NCBI RefSeq assembly: GCF_008065095.1
Contig: NZ_CP042911.1
Location: forward strand, 5,010,001-5,042,000
Reading direction: 5' to 3'
DNA length: 32,000 nt
Source: Gemmata obscuriglobus
GTDB lineage: Bacteria; Planctomycetota; Planctomycetia; Gemmatales; Gemmataceae
Part shown: one piece after another, positions 1 to 9,300 of the stretch
Position numbering within the stretch: position 1 is the first letter of the stretch
How the letters are laid out: each line of letters opens with the position of its first letter
Position numbers and translations under genes: made by a program
Notes under the pieces: model-generated
Seen by the model: only the letters and a program-made list of their open reading frames with translations
The model's database searches: none
Told to the model about the DNA's origin: nothing

Positions 1-861
1 GACGACGCGCACCGCGGGGCGGGCGCCGACCTGCCGGTGCTCGGGGGCCTCGCGGAACTGCCGGAATTGGTCGAGCGGCACCACATTGAGCACGTCTTCG
101 TCGCGCTGCCGTTGAACCGCTACGCGGACGCCCGGCGGGTGTTCGCCGCGCTCTCACAGACCGTTGTGGACGTGCAACTCATCGCCGACCTGCCCGCGAT
201 GGCCGGGATGACGTTCACCACCACGCAGATCCACGGGATGACGGTGATCGGGCTGCGCGAGAACCCGCACCACGGGCTCAACATGGTCGTGAAGCGCGTC
301 ATGGACGTGATCCTGGCGTGCGTGGCGATCGTGCTGCTGGCCCCGCTGATGGGGTTCATCGCGCTGCTCGTCAAGCTGACCAGCCCGGGGCCTCTGCTGT
401 ACCGGCAGGAGCGGTGCGGGCTGAACGGCCGCTCGTTCATGATGCTCAAGTTCCGCAGCATGCGGGTCGACGCCGAGGCGGCCGGCCCGCAGATGACGGG
501 CGCCAACGACCCGCGGCGCACCCGGCTCGGAACGGTCATGCGGGCCACCAACCTCGACGAGCTGCCGCAGTTCTTTAACGTGCTGTGGGGCGACATGAGC
601 ATCGTCGGGCCGCGGCCCGAGCGGCCGGTGTTCGTGAGCAAGTTCGCCAAGACCATTCCGAACTACAACGCCCGCCACGCGGTGAAGGCCGGCATCACCG
701 GCTGGGCGCAGGTGAACGGCTGGCGCGGCAACTCGTCGCTCCGCAAGCGCGTGCAGTTCGACCTGTACTACATCAGCCACTGGAACCCGCTGTTCGACCT
801 CCGCATCATTTTCCTGACCGTGTGGCGAATGCTGTTCTCGAAGCAGAAACACGCCTACTGA
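1..861 (+). CDS. Polyprenyl-phosphate glycosyl-1-phosphate transferase (bacterial sugar transferase family, WcaJ/EpsB-like); 5' end lies outside the window
   Basis: Frame 1 is open from nt 1, so the Met at 37 in the ORF track is internal. The translation has a TM helix (VILACVAIVLLAPLMGFIALLV) followed by the classic sugar-transferase block MLKFRSM...TNLDELPQFFNVLWGDMSIVGPRPERP...ITGWAQVNG. Stop TGA at 859-861. Confidence 0.9.
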   Translation, partial: DDAHRGAGADLPVLGGLAELPELVERHHIEHVFVALPLNRYADARRVFAALSQTVVDVQLIADLPAMAGMTFTTTQIHGMTVIGLRENPHHGLNMVVKRVMDVILACVAIVLLAPLMGFIALLVKLTSPGPLLYRQERCGLNGRSFMMLKFRSMRVDAEAAGPQMTGANDPRRTRLGTVMRATNLDELPQFFNVLWGDMSIVGPRPERPVFVSKFAKTIPNYNARHAVKAGITGWAQVNGWRGNSSLRKRVQFDLYYISHWNPLFDLRIIFLTVWRMLFSKQKHAY

Positions 862-982
862 GTGAAACGTCCGTTCCGGAGTGGCGTCGTAATCGCGCCG
901 CACGGGTGTTAGTACCGGCGTTCGGTTCGCGGTATCATCTCCGTGTGGAAGTGGTCACGTCTTACCTCCGGAGCGATCCGAA

Positions 983-2581
983 ATGCGCACACCTCTGCCC
1001 CTGGTCGCGCCGTTAATCTTCCTGCTCGCCAGTCCTGCGGTGAGTCGCGCGCAACCGGCACCGACGCTCGGCACGGTCCCGACGGATTCGTTCGGGTTCC
1101 TGACGGTCAACGTCGGCAAGTTGTGGGAAAACCCCGGTTTCAAGCCACTCCGCGCGTGGTTCGAGGCGCAGAAATCCGGCCCCACCGACGAACTCTTCGG
1201 CCTGCCTGTCGGGGACATCGAGCGCATCACACTGTTCCTGCCGACGGCCGATCGGCGCCCGCTTGCGGGGGCACTGATCACCACCAAGCAGCCGCTCAAC
1301 GAGGCCAAAGTCATCAAGTCCCTTGGATCGGACGGCGGCCCCCCGCGCCGGTCCGGGAACGCGGTGCGGTTCCAGTCCGGCCGGTTCGACACGCTCATTT
1401 TCGGCGACGAGCGCACGCTCCTGTTCCTGAAAACGGACGGCGAATTGGGGGTGGCGGGTCTGCTCGGGCAGGTGCTGGCGAAGCGGACCGACGGGCCGCT
1501 CGCGGACGCGCTGGCCGGCGCCGCGAAGCACGACTTCGCGTTCGCCCTCGACGGACGCCCGCTCGCCACGTTGCTGCAGGCCGATCGCGAACCGGAACTG
1601 GCCCCGTACCTGGCACTCTTCAGCGCCAGGACGATCACCTTCGCGGCCGACTTCGACAAGACCGCCCGCGGCACGTTCAAGATGACCTTCGCGGACGAGG
1701 CGGGCGCGAAGCGGGCGGCGCCGGTTCTGAAGGAAGGCATCGCGGACATCATCGGCGTGTTCGAGAAAGGGATTCTGGGTAAGGGCCAGTTGGAACCCGC
1801 CGAGCGCGCCTACTTCGAGAACGTGGTTGCCGTACTCAAGGCCGCGAAGGTGGAATCATCAGGTTCAAGTGTTGTTGCCACTGCCGATTTGCCGCATCTG
1901 GACGCGGTCGCGAAACTGGCGGCCGTGCTACCGAAATCGTACGCGGGGGCGGTTGACAGCCGCCGCGGGCAGAACAACCTCAAGCAACTCGCGCTGGCGT
2001 TCCACAACTTCGAAAGCGCCTACGGGGTTTTCCCGAGCGACGTGACACCCGCTGGCGGACCGAAACCCATACCGATGAGCTGGCGGGTGCAGGTGCTGCC
2101 GTACATCGAACAGGGCAACCTGCTCAAGCAACTCGACTGGACGAAGGCGTGGGACGACCCCGTGAACTTGAAGAAGCTCGAATCAATGGAGATGCCGAAG
2201 GTGTTCGAGATCCCCGGTCGACCGGCCCCGAAGGGGCACACGTACTTCCGCGTGTTCAGTCTGCCGAAAAGCGGCAAGGAGGCCGATCGACCGTTCTTCG
2301 CTGAGGGGCAAAAAGGGCCGACGATCACCAGCATCACCGACGGAGTCAGCAACACCCTTATGATCGTGGAAGCCGGAGAGGCGGTTCCATGGTACAAGCC
2401 GGACCTGCTCGCCTACGACGCTAAGGCGCCGCTGCCACAACTGGGCGATAAGGCCGCGGACCGGTTCATCGCGGCCATGGCCGACGGGAGCGTGCGCGTC
2501 CTCCGCCCGAGCAAGGTCGGCGAAAACGCGCTTCGCGCGATCATCACGGCTCAGGGCGGTGAGGTGATTTCGATACCGTAA
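983..2581 (+). CDS. Secreted protein: Sec-type signal peptide, ~320-aa uncharacterised N-domain, C-terminal DUF1559-like (planctomycete pseudopilin-associated) domain
   Basis: N-terminus MRTPLPLVAPLIFLLASPAVSRAQP resembles a signal peptide. The C-terminal half has DUF1559 hallmarks: NNLKQLALAFHNFES, SWRVQVLPYIEQGNLLKQ, ITDGVSNTLMIVEAGE and a terminal ...AAMADGSVRVL. A GGAG lies about 12 nt upstream of the ATG. Confidence 0.8.
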   Translation: MRTPLPLVAPLIFLLASPAVSRAQPAPTLGTVPTDSFGFLTVNVGKLWENPGFKPLRAWFEAQKSGPTDELFGLPVGDIERITLFLPTADRRPLAGALITTKQPLNEAKVIKSLGSDGGPPRRSGNAVRFQSGRFDTLIFGDERTLLFLKTDGELGVAGLLGQVLAKRTDGPLADALAGAAKHDFAFALDGRPLATLLQADREPELAPYLALFSARTITFAADFDKTARGTFKMTFADEAGAKRAAPVLKEGIADIIGVFEKGILGKGQLEPAERAYFENVVAVLKAAKVESSGSSVVATADLPHLDAVAKLAAVLPKSYAGAVDSRRGQNNLKQLALAFHNFESAYGVFPSDVTPAGGPKPIPMSWRVQVLPYIEQGNLLKQLDWTKAWDDPVNLKKLESMEMPKVFEIPGRPAPKGHTYFRVFSLPKSGKEADRPFFAEGQKGPTITSITDGVSNTLMIVEAGEAVPWYKPDLLAYDAKAPLPQLGDKAADRFIAAMADGSVRVLRPSKVGENALRAIITAQGGEVISIP

Positions 2582-2626
2582 CGCGATCGGGCCGGGCGGC
2601 GGTCTTGTCCTCTCCGAGGGGCCTTC

Positions 2627-4696
2627 ATGTTCCGGATACGACTTCGTGCTGCGGTTGCTTTTGTGGCCGGATTGATTGTGAGCGCACCCGCGTCCGCACA
2701 ACCGGCGGAACGTCCGGTTCCACCCGCCGCACTGCCGGTTGTGCCGCCGACGGCGACGGCGTTCGTCACGCTGAAGGTCGCGGATCTCGTCATGCACCCG
2801 GACCTTAAACCGGTGCTGGCGCAGCTCGCGAAGCAGCCCGACGCTCTGGCCGGCGTCTCCGAACTGATCGGGGTTTCGCCCCTGGAACTGGATCGCGTCA
2901 CGCTGTTCTGGCCGCGACTCGGTCGCGACGGCCCCGATCCCGTTCTCGTTGCCACGACGGTCGAACCGTTCAACGAGGCCCGGGTACTGAAAGCGTTGCA
3001 GGCCCGGCCGGTGTTCGGTGCGGACGAGCGGTTTCCGGCGACCGGTCCGGGAAGGCGTGAGGCGTCGGAGCCGTTGTTCCACCGCCTCGATCGCGGGCCG
3101 TTCGCGACCCTGTTGTTGACCGACGAGCGGACCCTCGTGTTCCTGCCGGGGCGCGGGGCCGCCGACGTGACGGCTCTCGCGTTTCTGAATGCGCACCTCA
3201 AGAAAGGGGCCAAAGGCCCGCTCACGGCCGCGCTGGCGACCGCGGGCGCGCACACCTTCGCGGCGGGCGTGTACCTACCGCCGCTGTTCCGTGAGTTCGA
3301 CGGCTGGATCGAACCCGAACTGGCTCCGTACACCGCCCTGCTTGGGGCGCGCACCGCAGTGGTCACAGGTGATCTCGGTCGGGGTGCGAAACTGAACCTG
3401 GCGCTGACGTTCGATGACGCGGCCGCCGCGAAACGCGCCGCTCCGGTGCTGGAAGAAGGGCTCGCGAGTGTCGCCGTGGGTGCGGAGAAGATGGCCGGCA
3501 CGATGCGCGACAGCCGGCGCCCGCTGGACAAGGCGGCCGCGCCGCTCCTGAGTGCGTTCGCCGCAGGGATGAAGGCGGCCGGCGTGAAGGCCGACGGGGC
3601 TACCGCTGTTGCCGTTGCGGAAGTGGATTTTGGTTCGGCAACTGCCAAGGCACTCGGCGATTTGCTTCAAGCCGTGCAGAGTCGTCGCGCGGCCGAACAG
3701 AGGATGCAGAACCTGAAACTGATCGGCTTGGCACTTCACAACTACTACGGCTCCAACCTCCGGTTGCCGACCAACGTGTACGGGCCGAAAGGCGAGTTGC
3801 TTTTGAGTTGGCGGGTGCAACTGCTCCCGTACCTGGAGCAGGACGCGCTGTACAGACAGTTCAAACTGGACGAACCGTGGGACAGTGAGAACAACAGGAA
3901 GCTCATCGAGAAGATGCCGAAGGTGTTCCAGGCCCCCGACCGCAAACACACGCAAGGCGAGACGTTTTACCAGGGATTTGTGCAACGCGAAAACGCGGCT
4001 CCGTTAAAGGGGATCGCCGGGCGCCCGTGGCTCAAGGACGGTGAGAAGCAAGGATGGTCACTCGCCGCTATCCCAGACGGAACGTCGAATACGCTCGCGG
4101 TGGTCGAGGCCGGTGAGGGGGTGGTGTGGACGAAGCCGGACGATCTCCCGTTCGGGGGCGCGGTTCCGGCGCTGGGAGAGAAGGGTTGGGATCGCACCCC
4201 GGCGCTGCTGTTCGATGGGAGCGTGTTCCTGCTTCCGACGACACTCAGACCAGAGATGTTCTGGCCGCGTGTCACCATCGACGGCGGCGAAGTGCTGCCG
4301 GACCTTGAGAACGAGCGCCGTGTGCCGTTCGTTCAGCGACCGGCCTCAGACGTTAAACGGCCGGCTACGACGCAGGCGGAGCCCCCGAAGCCCGCTTCGA
4401 CAAAGGAACTCGAACCGCTTCCACTGCCGAAGAAGGTGGTGGAGCGGGGGACCCGCGAGAGCCTGGCCGTGAAGGTAGCGGCACTCCAGGCGCAGGAGCG
4501 CGCGGCCGTGCTGCTGAAGGAGGCCACCGCGCGGCTCCGGGAGCGGCTCGAAAAGAGCGGCGCGCCGATAGTCGAAATCGAGCGGGTAGAGGCGGTGTAC
4601 GTCGAGGCACTCGCTCGCCTGGAAGCCGTCCGGCGCGAACTCACAGCCGCTGTCGAGGCCCTGAAAGCCGCGCAGAAGAAGGCACCGCAGAAGTGA
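2627..4696 (+). CDS. Secreted paralog of the preceding gene: signal peptide, homologous N-domain, DUF1559-like domain, plus a Pro/Lys-rich linker and coiled-coil C-terminal extension
   Basis: Signal peptide AFVAGLIVSAPASAQP. The N-domain is collinear with gene 983-2581: FVTLKVADL/FLTVNVGKL, LDRVTLFWP/IERITLFLP, EPELAPYTALLGART/EPELAPYLALFSART, AAKRAAPVLEEGL/GAKRAAPVLKEGI. DUF1559 motifs: MQNLKLIGLALHNYY, SWRVQLLPYLEQDALY, IPDGTSNTLAVVEAGE, LLFDGSVFLL. The tail is heptad-like (AVKVAALQAQERAAVLLKEATARLRERLEK...). Confidence 0.8.
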   Translation: MFRIRLRAAVAFVAGLIVSAPASAQPAERPVPPAALPVVPPTATAFVTLKVADLVMHPDLKPVLAQLAKQPDALAGVSELIGVSPLELDRVTLFWPRLGRDGPDPVLVATTVEPFNEARVLKALQARPVFGADERFPATGPGRREASEPLFHRLDRGPFATLLLTDERTLVFLPGRGAADVTALAFLNAHLKKGAKGPLTAALATAGAHTFAAGVYLPPLFREFDGWIEPELAPYTALLGARTAVVTGDLGRGAKLNLALTFDDAAAAKRAAPVLEEGLASVAVGAEKMAGTMRDSRRPLDKAAAPLLSAFAAGMKAAGVKADGATAVAVAEVDFGSATAKALGDLLQAVQSRRAAEQRMQNLKLIGLALHNYYGSNLRLPTNVYGPKGELLLSWRVQLLPYLEQDALYRQFKLDEPWDSENNRKLIEKMPKVFQAPDRKHTQGETFYQGFVQRENAAPLKGIAGRPWLKDGEKQGWSLAAIPDGTSNTLAVVEAGEGVVWTKPDDLPFGGAVPALGEKGWDRTPALLFDGSVFLLPTTLRPEMFWPRVTIDGGEVLPDLENERRVPFVQRPASDVKRPATTQAEPPKPASTKELEPLPLPKKVVERGTRESLAVKVAALQAQERAAVLLKEATARLRERLEKSGAPIVEIERVEAVYVEALARLEAVRRELTAAVEALKAAQKKAPQK

Positions 4697-4704
4697 TAAA
4701 CGCT

Positions 4705-4737
4705 CGTGCCTTCGGTGCGTACCGGACCGAAGGCACG
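4705..4737. terminator. Perfect 12-bp stem hairpin between convergent genes (possible bidirectional terminator; no U-tract)
   Basis: cgtgccttcggt (4705-4716), a 9-nt loop, then accgaaggcacg (4726-4737), an exact reverse complement. It lies between the stop at 4696 (+) and the stop at 4758 (-). Confidence 0.4.
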
Positions 4738-4757
4738 TGCAGACGTTAACGGGTTTC

Positions 4758-6215
4758 TTACTCCTCGCCCTTGAACTGCTCCTTATCGATCTTGTATTGC
4801 GCGATCTTGTCCGTGATGCTGCGGCGCGACAGTCCGGTGATCTTGGCGCACTTGCCCACATGCCCCCGGGAGCGTTTCAGCGCGCGGCGAATGTACCGCT
4901 CCTCGAACGCGGCCGTGAGTTCCGAGAGTTGGTCCGGCAGCTTGCGGTTCAGGTCCACATGGAACGGGTGCTTGCCGGCGGCACTGCTTTCGGGCCGGCG
5001 CCCCACTTCGGGCGGCAAATCCTTCGTGCGAATCACCCCGTCGCGTGCCGTCACGCACGCGCGCTCGATCGCGTTCTCAAGCTGCCGCACGTTACCCGGC
5101 CACGGGCACTTGGTGAGCAGGTCCAGCGCCTCGGGGCTGATCGTCGGCGGCTTCTGGCCGACGCGGACGAACTTCTGGCAGAAGTGCGACACCAGAACCG
5201 GGATGTCCTCGGTGCGCTCGCGCAGCGGCGGGATGTCGATCCGCACCACGTTCAGCCGGTAATACAGGTCTTCGCGGAACTTCCCGTCCTTGACCAGCTT
5301 TTCCATGTCCTGGTGGGTGGCGGCCACCACCCGAACGTCGATCTCGATCGGCTCGGCCCCGCCGACCCGCTCGAACCGCCGCTCCTGGAGCACCCGCAAC
5401 AGCTTGACCTGCATCGACATCGGCACGTCGCCGATCTCGTCGAGGAACAGCGTGCCCTTGTGGGCCAGCTCGAACCGGCCGATGCGCTTGCGGTCGGCGC
5501 CGGTGTACGAGCCCTTCTCGTGCCCGAACAGTTCGCTCTCCAGCAGGTTCTCGTTCAGCGCGCCGCAGTTGACCGCGACGAACTCACCGGTCCGGTAGTT
5601 CGCCGACGCTTGGTGGATGGCGCGGGCGATCTGCTCCTTGCCGGTCCCGGTTTCGCCGCGGATGAGCACCGTTGAGGCAGTGCCCGCGACGTGCCCGATC
5701 AGTTCGAACAGGTCGACCATCTTCGGGCTACGGCTGAGCACGTTCTGGAACGTGTGCCGCTCGCCCAGCTCGCGGCGCAGCGCCGCGACCTCGTCCTGGA
5801 GCGCACGGTCCCGGAGGGCACGTTGCACGATGATCTGAAGGTGCTGCGGGTCCGGCGGCTTGGTGAGGAAGTCGTAGACCCCCATCCGCATCGCCTCGAC
5901 GGCGTCCTTGATGTTGCCGTTGCCGGTGGTGACGATCACCGTGACCGGGATCTTCTCCGCCTGAATGGTTTCGATCAGCTTCATCCCGCCGACCCGGGGC
6001 ATGCGCAGGTCGGTGATCACCAGGCTGTACGGCTTGGCGCGCAGCATGGCGAGCCCGGCGGCGCCGTCCTCGGCGGTATCAACCTCCAGCTTGAGGCTCA
6101 TCTGGAGCAGCTCCTGGAGGGACGTGCGGGTGTCCTCCAGGTCTTCGACGACGAGAACCCGTTGGACCGGGGCGGGCGCTGGCACGGAAGGTGCAGGTGC
6201 TGGCTCGTTAACCAT
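4758..6215 (-). CDS. Sigma-54-dependent transcriptional activator / response regulator, NtrC family (REC + AAA+ + Fis-type HTH)
   Basis: REC domain: RVLVVEDLEDT...LVITDLRMP...FLTKP. AAA+ domain: Walker A GETGTGKE, Walker B LFLDEIGD, sigma-54 contact loop ELFGHEKGSYTGA (a GAFTGA variant), and RVVAATH. C-terminal HTH: GHVGKCAKITGLSRRSITDKIAQYKI. Confidence 0.92.
   Translation of the reverse strand: MVNEPAPAPSVPAPAPVQRVLVVEDLEDTRTSLQELLQMSLKLEVDTAEDGAAGLAMLRAKPYSLVITDLRMPRVGGMKLIETIQAEKIPVTVIVTTGNGNIKDAVEAMRMGVYDFLTKPPDPQHLQIIVQRALRDRALQDEVAALRRELGERHTFQNVLSRSPKMVDLFELIGHVAGTASTVLIRGETGTGKEQIARAIHQASANYRTGEFVAVNCGALNENLLESELFGHEKGSYTGADRKRIGRFELAHKGTLFLDEIGDVPMSMQVKLLRVLQERRFERVGGAEPIEIDVRVVAATHQDMEKLVKDGKFREDLYYRLNVVRIDIPPLRERTEDIPVLVSHFCQKFVRVGQKPPTISPEALDLLTKCPWPGNVRQLENAIERACVTARDGVIRTKDLPPEVGRRPESSAAGKHPFHVDLNRKLPDQLSELTAAFEERYIRRALKRSRGHVGKCAKITGLSRRSITDKIAQYKIDKEQFKGEE
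6180..6196 (+). promoter_or_regulatory. Candidate sigma-54 (-24/-12) promoter upstream of the sensor-kinase operon
   Basis: TGGCACggaagGTGCAg has GG(6181-82)-N10-GC(6193-94) spacing and one mismatch to TGGCAC-N5-TTGCA. It sits about 115 nt upstream of the ATG at 6311, inside the first codons of the divergent NtrC-family gene. Confidence 0.45.
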
Positions 6216-6310
6216 GCGCTGAGTTCCTACGGTATTGGCTCAGGGTCTATTGTATCCCGAGCGGGTTGTTGTGTGGCGCGCGAATCGTTCCTCCCCACCA
6301 GGCCCAGTTC

Positions 6311-9300
6311 ATGCTGGACGTTCTGACCAGTCTCTTCGATCCGACCGGGTTCACGCGCCGCGCCCACTGCGGGGCCGCATGGAACGACGAGCTGATCTTT
6401 CTGCACGCGACCAGCGACCTCTTCATCTGGCTCGCGTACGTTTCGATCCCGCTGGTGCTGCTGTACTTCACGCGGCGCCGGGACCTGCCGTTCCCGCGGC
6501 TGTTCGTGCTCTTCGCGCTGTTCATCCTGGCGTGCGGCACCACGCACCTGATCGACGCCCTCATCTTCCAGTTCCCGATCTACCGGTTCGCGGGGCTGAT
6601 GAAGGGCGTCACGGCGGTGGTGTCGTGGGCGACGGTGGTCGCGCTCATTCGGGTCATCCCGCGGGTGATGCCGGCGGTCGCCGAGGCGAGCAAGACGGTC
6701 CGGACCGGGACCGACACGAAGACGCACCTGCCGATCACCGGCGAGGCGCGCGGGACCTCCGGGCGGGCGTACATCGTCGCGCTGCTGGTGGCGGTGCTCG
6801 CGGTGCTGGTCCGCGCGGCCGGGGACGCCGTCCTCAAACAGGAGCACGCGCTCGTGGTGCCGCTCCTGGGCGTGGTGTACGTGAGCTGGCGGTACGGGTT
6901 CCAGCCGGCGCTCGTGACGCTCCTGGTCTCGCTGGTCGGGTTCACGTTCTTCTTCGTCGAGCCGCGGAACCGGCTCTTCGTGACCGGGCTGGGGAGCCAG
7001 ATGGCCCTGGCGCTGTTCTTTTTTTGCGGGGTGGCGTGCGCGGCGCTGGGCGAATCGCACCGGGTCGCCCAGCGCCGCGCGCGGGCCGCGCTGGGGGTCG
7101 CGCTGGGGCGGCAAGAGGAGCTCGAGTCGGAGGTGGTCCGGCGCCGGGTGGTGGAGGCGGCGCTGCGGCAGCGCGAGGCCGACCTGGTCGCGGCCCAGGC
7201 CCGCGCCGACGAGGCGCTGGCCCGGCTCGACGCGTTCATCGAGAACGCGAACGTCGGAATCGTCTTCTTCGATCCCGAACTGCGGTACGAGCGGGTCAAC
7301 AGCTTCATCGCCCGCGCCAACGGCAAACCGGTGAGCGAGCACCTCGGGCGCACCGTCACGGAGGTGGTTCCCGACGTCCCGGCCGAACGGGTCGAACGGT
7401 ACCGGGCGGTCGCGACGGGGGCCGCGGAGTCGTACTCCGACACCGTCGACGTTCGCCACCCGATCACCGGCGCGCTTCAGGCGTTCCATGTTACGGCGTT
7501 CCCGGTGCGGTTGCCCGGCGGCCCCACCCTTGGGGCCGGCGTTGTGGTACACGAGATCACCGAGCAGCGGCGGGCGGAGCAGGAGCTGCGGCGCAGCGAG
7601 CGCAACCTCACCGACTTCTTCGAGAACGCGAACGTCGGGCTCCACTGGGTCGACGGCGCGGGGGCGATCGTCCGCGCCAACCGGGCCGAACTGGAGATGC
7701 TCGGGTACGACCGCACCGAGTTCGTGGGGCACAAGGCCGAGGCGTTTTACGAGGAGCCCGGCGCGGGGCGCGAGCTGCACGCCCGCTTGCTCCGCGGGGA
7801 GCGGCTCACGAACCACCCGGCGCGGCTCCGCTGTAAGGACGGCACGGTCCGCGACGTTCTGATTTCCGCGACGGCGCTGGTGGAGAACGGCTCGTTCGTT
7901 CACGCCCGCTGCTTCACCCGCGACGTGACCGAGCAGAAGCGGGCCGCGGACGATTTGGCGGAGCGCGCCCGCGCGATCGCGCTGCGGGCGGACGTGGCCG
8001 CCGGGCTGGCCGGGGCCGCGGAGACCCGCTCCGCGCTCCAGGGGTGCGCGGAGACCCTGGCGCGGGCGCTCGGGGCCGCGCTCGCCCGCGTTTGGACCCT
8101 CGACGAGTCCGGGCGGTGGCTCGACCTCCAGGCCAGTGCCGGCGCGTTCACCCCGGACCAGGGACCGCACGAGCGAGTGCGAGTGGGCGAGACGAAGATC
8201 GGACGCATCGCCGCAAGCGGTCACCCGTACCTGACCGACGACGTGCCAAACGACCCGCTCACCAGCGACCCGGAGTGGGCCGGGCGCGAGGGCATCCGCT
8301 CGTTCGCCGGGCACCCGCTCGTGGTGGACGGGCGCGTGTTCGGGGTGCTCGGGGTGTACTCCCGCACCAAGCTGTCCGAAGGGCTGGTGACCGACCTCGG
8401 GCCGATCGCCGCGAACCTCGCCCAGTTCATCGACCGGCGCAAGGCGGTCGAGGCGGTGCGGGACAGCGAGGCCCGGTTCCGGACGCTGGCCCAGGCGGTC
8501 CCGCACATCATCTGGGTGACCCGCGCGAACGGGTACCACGAGTACTACAACCAGCGCTGGTACGATTACACCGGGCTCACCGAGGAGCAGAGCCTCGGGG
8601 ACGGGTGGTCCGGGCCGCTGCACCCCGACGACCGGGCGCGCGCGGCAGCCCGCTGGGAGCAGTCCACCGCCACCGGTGCGGAGTACGAGATCGAGTACCG
8701 GTTCCGCGGCGCCGACGGCCGGTACCGGTGGTTCCTGGGCCGCGCGCTGCCGCAGCGGGACGCCGACGGGCGCATCGTCCGGTGGTACGGCACGTGTACC
8801 GATATTCATGAAGAGCGGATGGCCACCGAGGCGCTGCGGCGCAACGAGGAGCGGTACCGGACGCTGACCGAGGCGGTCCCGCACATCGTGTGGAACGCGG
8901 ACGCCGGCGGCGCGGTGACCTACTTTAACCGCCGCTGGACCGATTACGCCGCGCTGCCGGTGGACCAGGAGCGCAGGAGCGACTGGACCGAAGCGCTGCA
9001 CCCCGACGACCGCGACCGGGTGTACCGGGCGTGGCGCGACACGGTCGTCCAGGTCGCGCCGGGCGGGTCCGATCGCTTCTTCCAGGAGTTCCGGCTCCGC
9101 CACGCCGCGACCGGCGCGTACCGGTGGTTCCAGAGCGTGGCCGTCCCGCTCCGCCACCCGGACGGGACCGTGGACCAGTGGATCGGTTCGATGGCCGACA
9201 TCGACGACCAGAAGACCGCCGTCGAGCGGGTGCGCCAGAGCGAGGCGTTCCGCCGCAGCGTGTTCGACAACAGCCCCGACTGCCTGAAGGTGTTCGACCT

